This document shows, piece after piece, positions 50,083-63,800 of a stretch of 64,000 nt of DNA (within the stretch, counting starts at the first letter, position 1; each line of letters starts with the position of its first letter). The translations under genes were made by a program, and so were the position numbers. The stretch comes from Amphiscolops sp. MND2022 (lineage: Eukaryota). The DNA is taken from contig OZ076409.1 in assembly GCA_964187785.1 (NCBI GenBank), positions 3,474,001-3,538,000 on the forward strand, read 5' to 3'. Under the pieces are notes generated by a model. That model made no database searches. It worked only from the letters and a program-made list of their open reading frames with translations, and was not told the origin of the DNA.

Positions 50083-52076
50083 CTAGCAGCTACCGCACAA
50101 GTGCGGGCGCGCATAGATTTGGCGCGCGTCGTCGAAAGGCATGCCTCGGCATGCCTACGGACTATGGGCGTTGTTTCCCTATGTGGCGTTGTAGTGACAA
50201 GATGCCGTAGGTATGTAGGCGCGCGGATTGTACCATCACCGCGAATAACTATGGAAACAGTTGTTTAAGTATTTCAACCAACCAAGTACTAGTATGAATT
50301 TTGCGCTAATGGCAGTACATTGTGATAGTTATCGAAAACAAACGACTGAAAATGTAAAGTCGTGTGAACCGAATACACGGACGGTGGTCGAAAATTGTGG
50401 AAGTATAAGCGACCTGGTTTAACCAACTAACCGTAAGACGATCGTACCAAAAGACGTTAGGAACAAACAAACAAATCAGAATTTAGTTTATTTTAGTGAT
50501 AGCCTTCTCAAGTTGACGCAGAAGGTCAACTTAGAAGGCTATCACGAGATTCAGTTAACAGGTACTTGAAAAATAATCAAAATCTGTCCAGCCAGGATCG
50601 TAGAAAGACTACATGTCAGCATTGTGATTGACATTTTCAATCATCTTGAGTCCTTAAGGTGGCGTTAGAAGTATTAAAAGAGTTTTAAAGCTAAACAATT
50701 GCAATTCAATCTTAGCAAAATAGCGTATTTTTTAGCGTCTACTTTTTTTACTGCTACAGATATAAAACATGGGAAGGGATTTTTTTCTGGAAACATTAAA
50801 GTAGAGAGTTTCTGATCAACCACATGATTCATTTATATTCTAGGAATTAAATTAGATATCAGAAAGTATTTTTTAATGTTTGCTTTTCGAGATATTTAAC
50901 GAAAAGTTTTTGAAAAACACTAGTATAAGAGAAAAAAGTGTCTTATACCACGCCTTGAGCAACCCGATTCCTTCAAAATCTCCATATTAGTGCTGAAACT
51001 TACCCTATGCATTCTGTCTACATAGTGATTGACAAAAAAGAGTAAATTTTTGTTCAAATCAACTTTCACTGTAATCCAAGGCTTCCGCGATGTTTACATC
51101 AATTGAACAGTATTGTTGAAAAAAACGTCCTATCACGGCTCATATGTTTTTGGAGCGACTGATACCAGTCTCAATGGTGTTGTTGAGTATCATTGGCCCT
51201 ACTGGTTACGTCAGAGTGCATATTTGTGCTTCAAAAGCTGAATTTCAAATTTCGACCTGACGAAAAATGGGTTTTTGAGACGAAATTTTTCTAAGTTAAG
51301 TTCCGAATGTCTGAAAAATGTCTGAAGAACGGGTGAAAAGATTTTTTTAAAACTTTATATTTCTATAAATGGTTATTACGTTGCCAGTAGGACCGTTCGT
51401 GAGCAATAAGACTATATCCGACATGCCTCGATGAAAATATGATGTTGTAAATGACCTATTTGTAAAACAAGACTATGTTGTGAAATCCTTGTGAAACACC
51501 TATGACCTCGAAAAAATTTTTAATTTCAGATTCGATGCTAACTGCTGAGTCTCTGGCAGCGAGTAGATACTAACAGAAACCATGGATAGCAAGGATTCTA
51601 AATTAAATAAAATAAAAAAATTTTTCTGAGGTTATTTTGACATATATGGTACTGATAGTAGTGAAAAAAATTTAAAAATGTCAAATTTTCAAAAAATTTA
51701 AAAACTCTACATCTTTTGTGTTTAGTGCATTGCCATGGTCACGAAATGATGGTTCCGACCTTGTTTCACAGTCAACGTCCAAAAATTAATGCAATCAGAG
51801 ATATTTCACAAAAATTGCCAAAATCACTATTTTTGATGAAAAACCAGAGATAAATTTTTCAAAAAGTCATATTAGTAACATTTGGAGAGCAAAACGTCAG
51901 CAGGAAAAAGTTCTTAGATTGGGCGATAGGGTACACACAGCAATTTTCAGAGAATTTGTATGGCTCAATTTTCTAAACTCACATAATTTGGTACCTTTTC
52001 TATGGTATTTTGCCTCGGCCAGGGCCCCTACCCCGGCCTGCAATTTTTTTTTGACTACGGGAAACCTACCGCCCAC
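50083..52076 (-). mobile_element. Array unit A, copy 3 (1994 bp)
   Basis: Near-identical by eye to the other A copies. Confidence 0.85.
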
Positions 52077-54076
52077 CTAGCTGCTACCGCACTCCAGAGT
52101 GCGGGAGAAGGCTCATTTGGCATACGTCGTCGAAGGGCATGCCTCGGCATGCCCACAGACTATGGGCGTCGGAACGCTATGTGACGCGGCGTTGTAATAA
52201 GGACATACATTGCAAGGACGTAGGGGATGGCTGGGGATGATAACGGTAGAAAAGATAGAAGGTATACTTCCTAGTGGTTTCAATTAGGTTTTTTTAATTA
52301 TTTGTTATTACTTTTTGTAAAGAAAAAAAATGAAAATTGTATTCAAGTTCATAGGTTCTTATCAAACACTGAAAGCAATCGTTAGCTGACCTGATGAAAG
52401 GATCTAACGATAGGATCAAATGACGAAAATAGGCATCGACAGCAAAATCCAATAAACACACGGTAGTTTTGTTTATAGTTTTTTGTGGTGATAGCCTTCC
52501 CAAGTTGACACAAGGCCAACTTGAAAGGCTATCACAAGATTCAGTGTAAAGCTACATGTAAAATTTTCAAAAATTATGCAGTCTGGATTGTAGAAAGAAA
52601 ACATGTGAGGACTGTGAACGGTATTTCCAATCATATTGGATCCATAATGTTGCGTTAGAAGTATTTAAAGAGTATTTAGGCACAATCATCGCGTTTCTAT
52701 CTTAGCAAAATAGCGTATTTTTTAGCTTCTGCTTTTTCTTCTGCCATAAATGTAACCCATGCGAAGGTATTATTTCGGAAAACAAAAAAACTGAGAGGTT
52801 CTGATCAACCACAGTGTTCATCCATATTCTAAACTTAGAATAAAGTAATTGAAAGCAATTTGCGAAGGTAGGTTTTTGAGATAATGGGCTAAAAATTTAG
52901 GAAATGCAGTACTATATGGGAAAAAAATGTCTCATACACCCCCTTGAGCAGGCCGATTACTTCAAAAACCTCATTATAGTGCTGAAACTCATCCTATGCA
53001 CTCTGTGTACATAGTAATTGACAAAAATGTGTAAACTTTTGGTGATCTCACATTTCACTGTGATCCCAGGCTTCCGACATGTTTACTCCGATTTAGAGGT
53101 TTTGCTCTGAATAACGTCTTATCGCGAGTCATATGTTATTGAAGCCACTGATACCAGTCCCACTTGTGTTTTTGAGTATTATGGGCCCCACTGGTTACGT
53201 CAGAGTAAATAATTTTACTTCAATAGTTGAATTTGAATTTTCGACCTGACACAAAATGGGTTTTTGTGTCGAAATTTTTCTAACTTAAGTTCCGAATGAC
53301 TGAAAAATGACTGAAGACCGGGTGAAAATAATTTTTTAAAACTTTTTATTACTATAAATGGTTCCTACGTTGCCAGTGGGACCGTTCTATAACATTAAGA
53401 CTATAGCCGACAAGCCTCGATGACAATATTGTGTTCAAAATGACCAATTTGTAATTTAAAACCAAGTTGAGAAATCCTTGTGAAACACCTAAGACCTCGA
53501 AAAAAATTTTAAATTCACACTGAATGCAAACTGTTGGGTGTTTGGCAGCGAGTAGGTTCCGACAGAAACCATGGATACCAAGGTTTCCAATTTAAAGCAA
53601 ACAAAAATTTTTTTCTGATGTGTTTTTGACATAGGGGTACTGATAGTAGTGAAAAAAAATTCAAAAATCTCGATTTTTCGAAAAATGTAAAAACATTACA
53701 TCTTTTGTGTTCAGTGCAATGCCACAGCCACGAAATGAAGGTTCCAAGCTTGTTTCACAGTCAAAGTCCAAAAATTAACACATTTCGAGATATTAGGTGA
53801 AAAATTAGAAATTTCCCAAAATTATTGAAATTTTGAACAAAAAATTGGCCATAACTTTTTATAAAGTTTATAGAACGCTTAGCGTCAGCAGGAACTTCGT
53901 CTTGCAATAGGATTTGAGGGCCGCATGCAAATTTTGAGCAAATTCTTATGGTTAGATTAAATTTTAGGTCTTTTTTTTGCAATTTCTGCTACATACCGCT
54001 AGCTTAAGGCGGATCGTCGGCCGCCAGGACCCTACCCGTCGGCCGAATACAAACGGGGTGAAATTTCCCCGCCCAC
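52077..54076 (-). mobile_element. Array unit G' (2000 bp), diverged G subtype
   Basis: Head CTAGCTGCTACCGCACTCCAGAGTGCGGGAGAAG; G-like body; C-type tail. Confidence 0.8.
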
Positions 54077-56074
54077 CTAGCCGCTACCGCACTCCAGAGT
54101 GCGGGATAAGCTCGTTTGGCATACGTCGTCGAAGGGCATGCCTCGGCATGCCCACAGACTATGGGCGTCGGAACGCTATGTGACGCGACGTTGTAATAAG
54201 GACATACATTGCGAGGACGTTGGGGATGGCTGGAGATGATAACGGTCGAAAAGATTGAAGTTATACTTCCTAGTGGTTTTAATTAGGTTTTTTAAATTAT
54301 TTGTTTTTATTTTTTGTAAACAAAAAAAAAGAGAATTGACTTCAAGTTCATACATTCTTATCAAACACTGAAAGCAATCGTTAGCTGACCTGATGGAAGG
54401 ATCTAACGATAGGATCGAATTACGAAAATAGGCATCGACAGCAAAGTCAAATTAACAAATGGTAATTTTGTTTATAGTTTTTTGTGGTGATAGCCTTCCC
54501 AAGTTGACACAAGGCCAACTTAAAAGGCTATCACAAGATTCAGTTCAAAGCTACATGTAAAACTTTCAAAAAAAGTGCAGTCTGGATTGTAGAAAGAGTT
54601 TATGTGAGGACTGTGAACGGTATTTCCAATCATATTGGATCCATAAGGTTGCGTTAGAAGTATTTAAAGGGTATTTAGGCACAATCATCGCGTTTCTATC
54701 TTAGCAAAATAGCGTATTTTTTATCTTCTGCTTTCTTTTCTGCCATAAATGTAACCCATGCGAAGGTATTATTTCAGTAAAAAAAAAATGAGAGGTTCTG
54801 ATCAACCACAGTGTTCATTCATATTCTAACCTTAGAATAAAGTAATTGAAAGCATTTTGCGAAGTTAGGTTTTTGAGATAATGGGCTAAAAATTTTGGAA
54901 AATACAGTACTATATGGGAAAAAAATGTCTCATACACCCCCTTGAGCAGGCCGATTACTTCAAAAACCTCATTATAGTGCTGAAACTCATCCTATGCACT
55001 CTGTGTACATAGTAATTGACAAAAATATGTAAACTTTTGGTGATCTCACATTTCACTGTGATCCCAGGCTTCCGAGATGTTTACTCCGATTTAGAGGTTT
55101 TGCTCTAAATAACGTCTTATCCCGACTCATATGTTATTGGAGCCACTGGTATCAGTCCCAACGGTGTTTTTGAGTATCATTAGCCCCACTGGTTACGTCA
55201 GAGTAAAAAATTTTGCTTCAAGTGCTGAAATTCAAATTTCGACTTCACCAAAAATGGGTATTCGAGACGAAAATTTTCTAAGTTAAGTTCCGAATGACTG
55301 AAAAATGACTGAAGACCGGGTGAAATTTTTTTTTAAAACTTTCTATTACTATAAATGGTTCCTACGTTGCCAGTGGGACCGTTCTATAACATTAAGACTA
55401 TAGCCGACAAGCCTCGATGAAAATATTGTGTTCAAAATGACCAATATGTAAATTAAAACCAAGTTGAGAAATCCTTGTGAAACACCTAAGACCTCGAAAA
55501 AAATTTTAAATTCACACTGGATGCAAACTGTTGGGTGTTTGGCAGCGAGTAGGTTCCGACAGAAACCATGGATACCAAGGTTTCCAATTTGAAGCAAATA
55601 AAAATTTTTTTCTGATGTGTTTTTGACATATGGGGTACTGATAGTAGTGAAAAAAATTTCAAAAATCTCGAATTTTCGAAAAATGTAAAAACTTTACATC
55701 TTTTGTGTTCAGTGCAATGCCACAGCCACGAAATGAAGGTTCCAAGCTTGTTTCACAGTCAAAGTCCAAAAATTAACACATTTTGAGATATTAAGTGAAA
55801 AATTAGAAATTTCCCAAAAATGTTGAAATTTTGAACAAAAAATTGGCCATAACTTTTTATAAAGTTTATAGAACGCTTAGCGTCAGCAGGAACTTCGTCT
55901 TGCAATAGGATTTGAGGGCCGCATGCAAATTTTGAGCAAATTCTAATGGTTAGATTAAATTTTAGGTCTTTTTTTTGCAATTTCTGCTACATACCGCTAG
56001 CTTAAGGCGGATCGTCGGCCGCCAGGACCCTACCCGTCGGCCGAATACAAACGGGGTGAAATTTCCCCGCCCAC
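54077..56074 (-). mobile_element. Array unit G, copy 3 (1998 bp)
   Basis: Near-identical by eye to G copies 1 and 2. Confidence 0.85.
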
Positions 56075-59000
56075 CTAGCCGCTACCGCAATCGGGTGTAG
56101 ATATAAAAAGTAGTTGGCATACGTCGTCGAAGGGCATGCCTCGGCATGCCCACAGACGGTGGGAGTCGGAACGCTATGTGGCGTTGTAAAATGAAGACAA
56201 GCGAGAGACATGGTAAGGTGCTTGTTATGATGGATGATAAAAGTAGAAGATACCGAAATCAAAACAAAGTATCAATTTTCATAAAAAAAATTTTAAAAAA
56301 TATTAATCGGTTGTGATTTGGAAACGCTAAAGACGTGTTTATGTATTTAAACTCTTCGCGAATGCAAAATTTGGATGACAGTCATTTGGCAAACGTACAT
56401 TCCCAGAGAAGGGGATAGAATGAATGTACTTAATGGCATAAAAAAATAGGAAAAACAAAGACTTGTGAGTAAATTTTATCATAATAGATCGAAAACTTCC
56501 ATCATGTACACTAAGCTAATGCCACCAAAGGAACCCACGCATACATGCTCGAATCCAAAATACTGCAATTTCTGAACGCTTTCCACGCCATTATTCATAT
56601 AATAATTAGTTTCGCACTATTATGGTCAAAAATTGAACTATCCTCTAAAGATCATAAATCAACGTCATCTTCAGATAAAGGTAAGTTCTACACGTTATTT
56701 ATTTTAACTAAAATGATGCATTCCACATTCATTCCTTTACTATCTTGGTTGTGTAGACGTTTCATGATTTTGGAAGGCGGGGAAGTTTTGAGACAACATG
56801 TAATCTTCCTGTCATACCTTTGTTCACTGGGTAATACAGTCGAACTTAACTGCGAAAAATATGTATGTCTTATGGTTTTGTTCTGCAGAAATAAAAGGTG
56901 AAGCAAAAAATCTTGAAGTTATTAGAAGAATAATTATTCTTTCATCATTTCAGCTGTTACAGTAAGTGTTACAAAAGATAGAAAGATCTAAGTTTTTAGT
57001 TTTTGAAAAGTACATTCTCATCTCCCCGATAGGGAGATGGAATGTACTTAAGTGTTTTTTGTTATCGAATTGTTAAGATTGAAGTTGATTGGACGTATTC
57101 CATTGACTTTTCGATGAAACTTGGAATCCATTTACGTATTATCACATCTCAACCTTTTATGAAGCTCACATTCAAAAAACATCAAGTATATATTTTTTTG
57201 CTAATTTAGAATATTAGACAGGGTATATATGTGGAATGATTCACTTCTTATATTGAACATATTATGGTTTTCTTCAGAATAAAATTGGTCTTTTTAATTA
57301 TCGCCCAATGTTAATAACTTGTTTGGTATACTCTGAAAGTCATATGGAAATGATAGAACCCCAAGAAGCTGGGGTTTTGATGAATATCTGACATTTTAAT
57401 AATTAGGGTCAATTTTTCCGTGTGATTTTGGCCCATATTAGGAGGGTTTAAAAGTTATAAATATTCATCAAAAGTTATTCTAAGCAAACTTCTGGTAATC
57501 TACAAAAAGAGTAGAGTTGATTGGTATGTGATAGTTTTCTGTGCTATTGTTATACGCCAAATGGCGTGCATTTGAAGTTTTTTAGGAAATGATATGTTTT
57601 TCTTCCTCAAAAAAATCGGCTTTCCTAAATTTTGCTCAAAAACGCGCAAAACCTGGTTTGGCATACTCTGTGAGCCATGTGGAGTTGATAGAACCTCAAG
57701 AAGCTGTGGTTTTGATGATTTTTAGACATTTTAAAATTTTAGGGTCAATTTTTTTGTGTAATTTTAGCCCATTTTCGGAGGGTTCAAAATTTTTTATTAT
57801 CCATCAAAATTCATTCAAAGCAAAGTTCTAATAATCTACAATAGGAGTAGAGTTGATCGGTATATGATAGTTTTCTGTGCTATTCTTATACGCCAAATGG
57901 CGTGCATGTGAATTTTTTTAGGAAATGTTATGTTTTTCTTTCCCAAAAATGTCGGCTTTTCCACATATTGCTCAAAAACGGGTAAAACCTGTTTTAGCGT
58001 ACTCTGTGGACCATGTGGAGTTGATAGAACCCCAAGAAGCTGTGGTTTTGATGATTTTTCGACATTTTTATTTTTTAAGGACAATTTTTTCGTGTAATAT
58101 TTGCCCACTTTTGGAGGATTTATATTTTTTTATTATCCGTCTAATTTTCATTTAAACTAACTTCTAATCATCTACAATGAAAGTAGAGTTGATCGGTATG
58201 TGATAGTTTTCTGTGCTATTCTCATACGGCAAATGGCGTGCATTTGAAATATTTTAGGAAATGGTATGTTTTTCTTTCCCAAAAATGTCGGCTTTTTCAC
58301 ATATTGCTCAAAAACGGGTAAAACCTGTTTTAGCGTACTCTGTGGACCACGTGGAGTTGATAGAACCCCAAGAAGCTGTGGTTTTGATGATTTTTTGACA
58401 TTTTAAAATTTTAAGGTCAATTTTTTCGTGTAATTTTGGTCCATTTTTGGAGGGTTCAAAATTTTTAAATATTCTTCAAAATTCAATCAAAACAAAATTC
58501 TAATAGTCTACAATGGGAGTAGAGTTGATCGGTATATGATAGTTTTCTGTGCTATTCTTATACGTCAAATGGAGTGCATTTGAAATTTTTTAGGAAATGG
58601 TATGATTTTTAGGATTTTCGTCAAAAAAGTTTGCTTTTTAAATTTATTTAAATTGAAAAGATACGGGGTTATTACACATGTCTTATAATCAACTTTTTGA
58701 GCGGAAGCCAATGGTGCCTTCGAAAAAATTATTTATCAGCTAACATTTTTAGTACTGCCAAAATAACCAAAAAAGGAAACAATTTTTTCTTGATTTTGCG
58801 ATTTGTTCATCCGGACATGGTCCAAACACCAATACTAGCATTCTTCGATCATAGTAATTGTTCTAACAATTCACCACAACCTTAAGAAACAATTCAAAGA
58901 GATTTTGAATATTAACTTCGTGTGACAAAGGGTTGAAATATTTGAAGAAGTTAGTAGAAAAGAGGAAGTTTTTGCCTTATACAACACCTTGAGCAACCGA

Positions 59001-60840
59001 TATTACGGTAGAACCTCATTTCACGACTGAAACTAACACAACGGGTTCTGTGTATTAAGTGATTGACGAAAAAGAAATATTTTTTGATGAAATCACTTCT
59101 CACGGTGATTCAAGGCTTTCAACATGTTTACTTCAGAATGAGAGTTATTGTGTTAAAAACATACAGTCGCATCTCATATGTTATTAGAGCATATGGTGAT
59201 AGTCTTTTTGTTGTTGTTGAGTATTTTGGGCCCAACGGTTTGCTTCAGAGTGAAAAGTATTGCTTCCAAAACCAAATTTGAATTTGCGACCTGACAATAA
59301 TGGGTTTCCGAGAAAAAAATTTAAAACCTAAGTGTTAGTAAATAGACCTCGATCTTATTTATTGCGAATGTCAGCATTGTTAATGGTGTTTTCGAACTTC
59401 TTGGGTAAAAAAGTGGCGTCAGAAGTTGTTGAAACGTTTTTGTTTTGCATCATTGGAAGTCTGTCCGTCCAAATTTTTGATTTTTGGAGCTACTGGTATT
59501 TTTCCTGCCACTAATGTAACACATGCAAGGCAGTTTTTTTCTAAAAACAAAATAGTTAATAGTTCCTGATCAACCACAGTGTTCATCTATATTCTAAGCT
59601 TCGAATAGAGTAACTGAAAGTATTTTGTCAAGTTAGTTTTTCCAGATAATGGGCTAAAATTTTTGGAAAATACAGTAGTATATGGGAAAAAAATGTCTCA
59701 TACCACCCTTTGAGCAACCCGAATCCTTCAAAAACCTCATTATAGTGCTGAAACTCACCCTACGCACTCTGTGCACATAGTAATTGGCGAAAATGGGTAA
59801 CTTTTTGATGAAATCACATTTCACAGAGATCCCTGGCTTGCGAGATGTTTACCTCAATTGAGACGTATGGCTAAAAATAACGTCTTATCGCGACTCATAT
59901 GTTATTTGAGCCAATGGTACCAACCCCAATCGTTGTTTTGAGTATCATGGGCCCCACTGGTTACGTCAGAGTTAGTAATTTTGCTCAAAAAGCTGAATTT
60001 GAGTTTTCGACCTGACAAAAAATGGGTTTTTGAGACGAAATTTTTCTAAGATAAGTTCCGAATGTCTGAAAAATGATGGAAGAACGGATGAAAATTTTTT
60101 TTATAACTTTGTATTTCTATAAATGGTAAACACGTTGCCAGTAGGACCGTTCGTAAGCAATAAGACTCTATCCGACATGCCTCGATGGAAATATGATGTT
60201 GAAAATGACCAATTTGTAATATGAAACTAAGTTGTGAAATCCTTGTGAAACACCTATGACCTCGAAAAAAAATTTAAATTCACATTGGATGCAAACTGTT
60301 GAGTGTTTGGCTGCGAGTAGGTTCCGACAGAAACCATGGATACCAAGGTTTCTAATTTTAAGCAAATAAAAATTTTTTTCTGAGGTGTTTTTGTCACATT
60401 GGTTACATATAGTAGTGAAACCCGAGTCAATTTGGTCAAATTTTTGGAAAATGTAAAAGTTTTAGATCTTTTGGGTCTAGTGCATTGCTAGGGCAAAGAA
60501 TCGAAGGTTTAAACCAGTGATAGGTCGATTGTCACAAGTTTTTCAATTTTTTGCATTCGAGCTGTTTGTAAAATTTTTCTCAAAAATACCTCAAAATTCG
60601 CACCAAAAAGTGGCTATATCTCGTTACACAATGAAACCATCGCTTAACGTCAGCAGGAACTTCGTCTTGTATGCCCAAATTAGGGCCGCATGCAAAAAAT
60701 GGTACAAATCCTATGGTTCAAAAAAAAGTTCGGTGCCGGAAAAATTTTCTCTAGTATATAGCGCCGTAAGCTTGGTAAATAGAAGCTCCCGACAGGACCC
60801 TACCCGCGGTCGCAAAAAAAGTGGAGATATATCCCCCCAC
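56075..60840 (-). mobile_element. Array unit F, subtype 2, copy b (4766 bp)
   Basis: Very similar to 32072-36839. Confidence 0.85.
57265..58615. repeat. About 4 x 336-bp tandem repeat inside F2b
   Basis: Anchor at ~57510, 57846, 58183 and 58519. Confidence 0.85.
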
Positions 60841-63800
60841 CTAGCCGCTACCGCAATCGGGTGTAGATATAAAATGTATTTGGTATACGTCGTCGAAGGG
60901 CATGCCTCGGCATGCCCACAGACGGTGGGCGTTGGTAACAGTATGTGGCGTTGTACAAATGACGACAGAGGAGAGACATGGTAAGGTGTTATGTATGATG
61001 GACGATAAAGGTAGAAGGCACCAAAACCAAAACCATTATCAATTTTGATAAAAATAAAAATGTTATTCGGTTGTGATTTGAAAACGCTAAACACATGTTG
61101 ATGCAGTTAAACTTGTCGGGGTTGCGCGAAATTTGGATGATAGTCATTTGGCAAACGTACATTCCCATAGAAGGGGATAGAATGAATATACTTAACGGCA
61201 TAAAAAAACTAAGAAAAACAAAGACTTGTGAGTAAATTTGATCATAATATCTCGATTATATCCGTCATGTACACTAAGCTAATGCCACCAAAGGAACCCA
61301 CGCATACATGCTCGAAACAAGCATGCTGTCTTTTCTGAACACTTTCCAGGGTGTTATTCATATAATATTTACTATTCCACTAATGTGATCACATATTGAA
61401 CTATCCTTAAAAGATCATAGGACAACTTCATCTTGGGGTAAAAACAAGTTCTAATTGTTTTTTATCCCATGTAATAAGGTGCATTCAGCAATCATTCTTT
61501 TGCTATCTTGGTTGTTTGGGCGTTTTATGATTTTGGAAGGCCGGAAAGTTTTGAAACAACTTGTGAACTTCCTCAGTCATACCTTTGTTCACAGAGTATT
61601 ACAATCGAACCTAACTGCGGCAAATGTGTCTTTTGGTTTTGTTCTTCAGAAATAGAAGCTGAAGCAAAAATTCATGAAGGTACTAGAAGCATTCTTATTC
61701 TTTCATCGTTTCAACAGTTACATAAAATGTTAGAAGAGATTCAAAATTCGAAGTTTTTGGCTTTTGAAAAGTACATTCTCATCTCCCCCGATGGGGAGAT
61801 GGAATGTACTCAAGTGTTTCTTGTTATCTAATGGTTAAGATTGAAGTTGATTGGATGTATTCCATTGAGATTTCGATGAAACGTAGGGTCCATTTACGTA
61901 TTATTACATCTCAACCTTTTATGAAGCTCACGTTCAAAAAACATCAAGTTTAAAAGTTATCGCTAATTTGAAAATATTAGACCGGGTATATATGTGGAAT
62001 GATTCCCTTCTTATATGGCACATATTATGGTGTTCTTGCCAAAAAGTCGGTTTTTTAAATACTGCTCAAAAGATTGTCAATACCTGGTTTGATACACTCT
62101 GAAGGTCGTATGGAGTTGAGAGACGCTGTGGTTTGGACGATTTTTTTGACATTTTAAAATTTTAGAGTCAATTTTTCGTGTCCTTTTGGCCCATTTTTGG
62201 AGGGTTTAAAATTTTTTCATATCCATCATATTTTATTCTAAACAAAATTCTGATAATCTACAATGGAAGTAGAGTTGATCGGTATGTCATAGTTTTCTGT
62301 GCTTTCCTCATACGGCAAATGGCGTGCATTTGAAATTTTTTAGGAAATGGTATGTTTTTCTTTCCAAAAAATGTCGGCTTTTTCACATATTGCTCAAAAA
62401 CGGGTAAAACTTGTTTTTGCATACTCTGTGGACCACGTGGAGTTGATAGAACCCCAAGAAGCTGTGGTTTGGATGATTTTTCGACATTTTAAAATTTTAA
62501 GGTCCATTTTTTCGTGTCATTTTGGCCCATTTTTGGAGGGTTTAAATTTTTTTCATATCCATCAAATTTTATTCTAAACAAAGTTCTGATAGTCTACAAT
62601 GGAAGTAGAGTTGATCGGTATGTAATAGTTTTCTGTGCTATTCTCATACGGCAAATGGCGTGCATTTGAAATTTTTTAGGATATGGTATGTTTTTCTTTC
62701 CCAAAAATGTCGGCTTTTTAACATATTGCTCAAAAACGGGTAAAACTTGTTTTTGCATACTCTGTGGACAACGTGGATTTGATAGAACCCCAAGAAGCTG
62801 TGGTTTGGATGATTTTTTGACATTTTAAAATTTTTAGGTCAATTTTATCGTGTAATTCTGGCCCATTTTTGGAGGGTTTAAAAAAATTAAATATCCATCA
62901 AAACTCATTTTAAACTAAATTCGGTTCATCTACAACAAAAGTAGAGTTGATCGGTATGTGATAGTTTTCTGTGCTATTCTCATACGGCAAATGGCGTGCA
63001 TTTGAATTTTTTTAGGAAATGGTATGTTTTTCTTTTCCAAAAATGTCGGCTTTTTCACAAATTGCTCAAAAACGGGTAAAACTTTTTTTTATCATACTCT
63101 GTGGACCACGTGGAGTTGATAGAACCCCAAGAAGCTATAATTTTGATGATTTTTTGACATTTTAAAATTTTAAGGTCAATTTTTTCGTGTAATTTTGTCC
63201 CATTTTCGGAGGGTTCAAAAATTTTTAATATCCATCAAAATTCATTCTAAACAAAAGTCTAATATTCTACACTGGGAGTAGAGTTGATCGGTATATGATA
63301 GTTTTCTGTGCTATTCTTATATGTCATATGGTGTGCATTTGAAATTTTTTAGGAAATGGTATGATTTTTATGACTTTGGTCAAAAAAGTTGGCTTTTTAA
63401 AAATATTTAAATTGAAAAGATATGGGGTTATTACACAAGTCATATACCTAACTTTTTGAGAGGAATCCAATGGTGCCATCGAAAAAATAATTTTTTGGCT
63501 AACATTTTAAGTACTGCCAAAATAACCAAAAAAAGGAAAAAAATTTTCATGATTTTGCAAATTTTTCATCCGGAAATGGTCCAAACACCAATATTAGCAT
63601 TCTTCGATCATAGTTTTTGTTCCAACACTTCACCCCAACCTAAAGAAACAATTCAAAGAGATTTTGAATATTAACTTCTGGTGACAAAGGGTTGAAATAT
63701 TTGAAGGTGTTAGTAGAAAAGAGGAAGTTTTTGTCGTTTACAACACCTTGAGCAACCCATATTACGGTAGAACCTCATTTCACGGCTGAAACTAACACAA

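Noticed and set aside
11430..60930. CRISPR array (palindromic ~45-bp repeat recurring 23 times)
   Set aside because: Intervals are 1.3-4.8 kb and are themselves repeated families rather than unique 30-40 bp spacers. There are no cas genes and the context is eukaryotic.
12707..63674. Short ORFs (60-200 aa) in the array as genes
   Set aside because: They recur only because the units are repeated. Frames are broken by stops and homopolymer indels between families, many use non-ATG starts, and none resembles a known domain.
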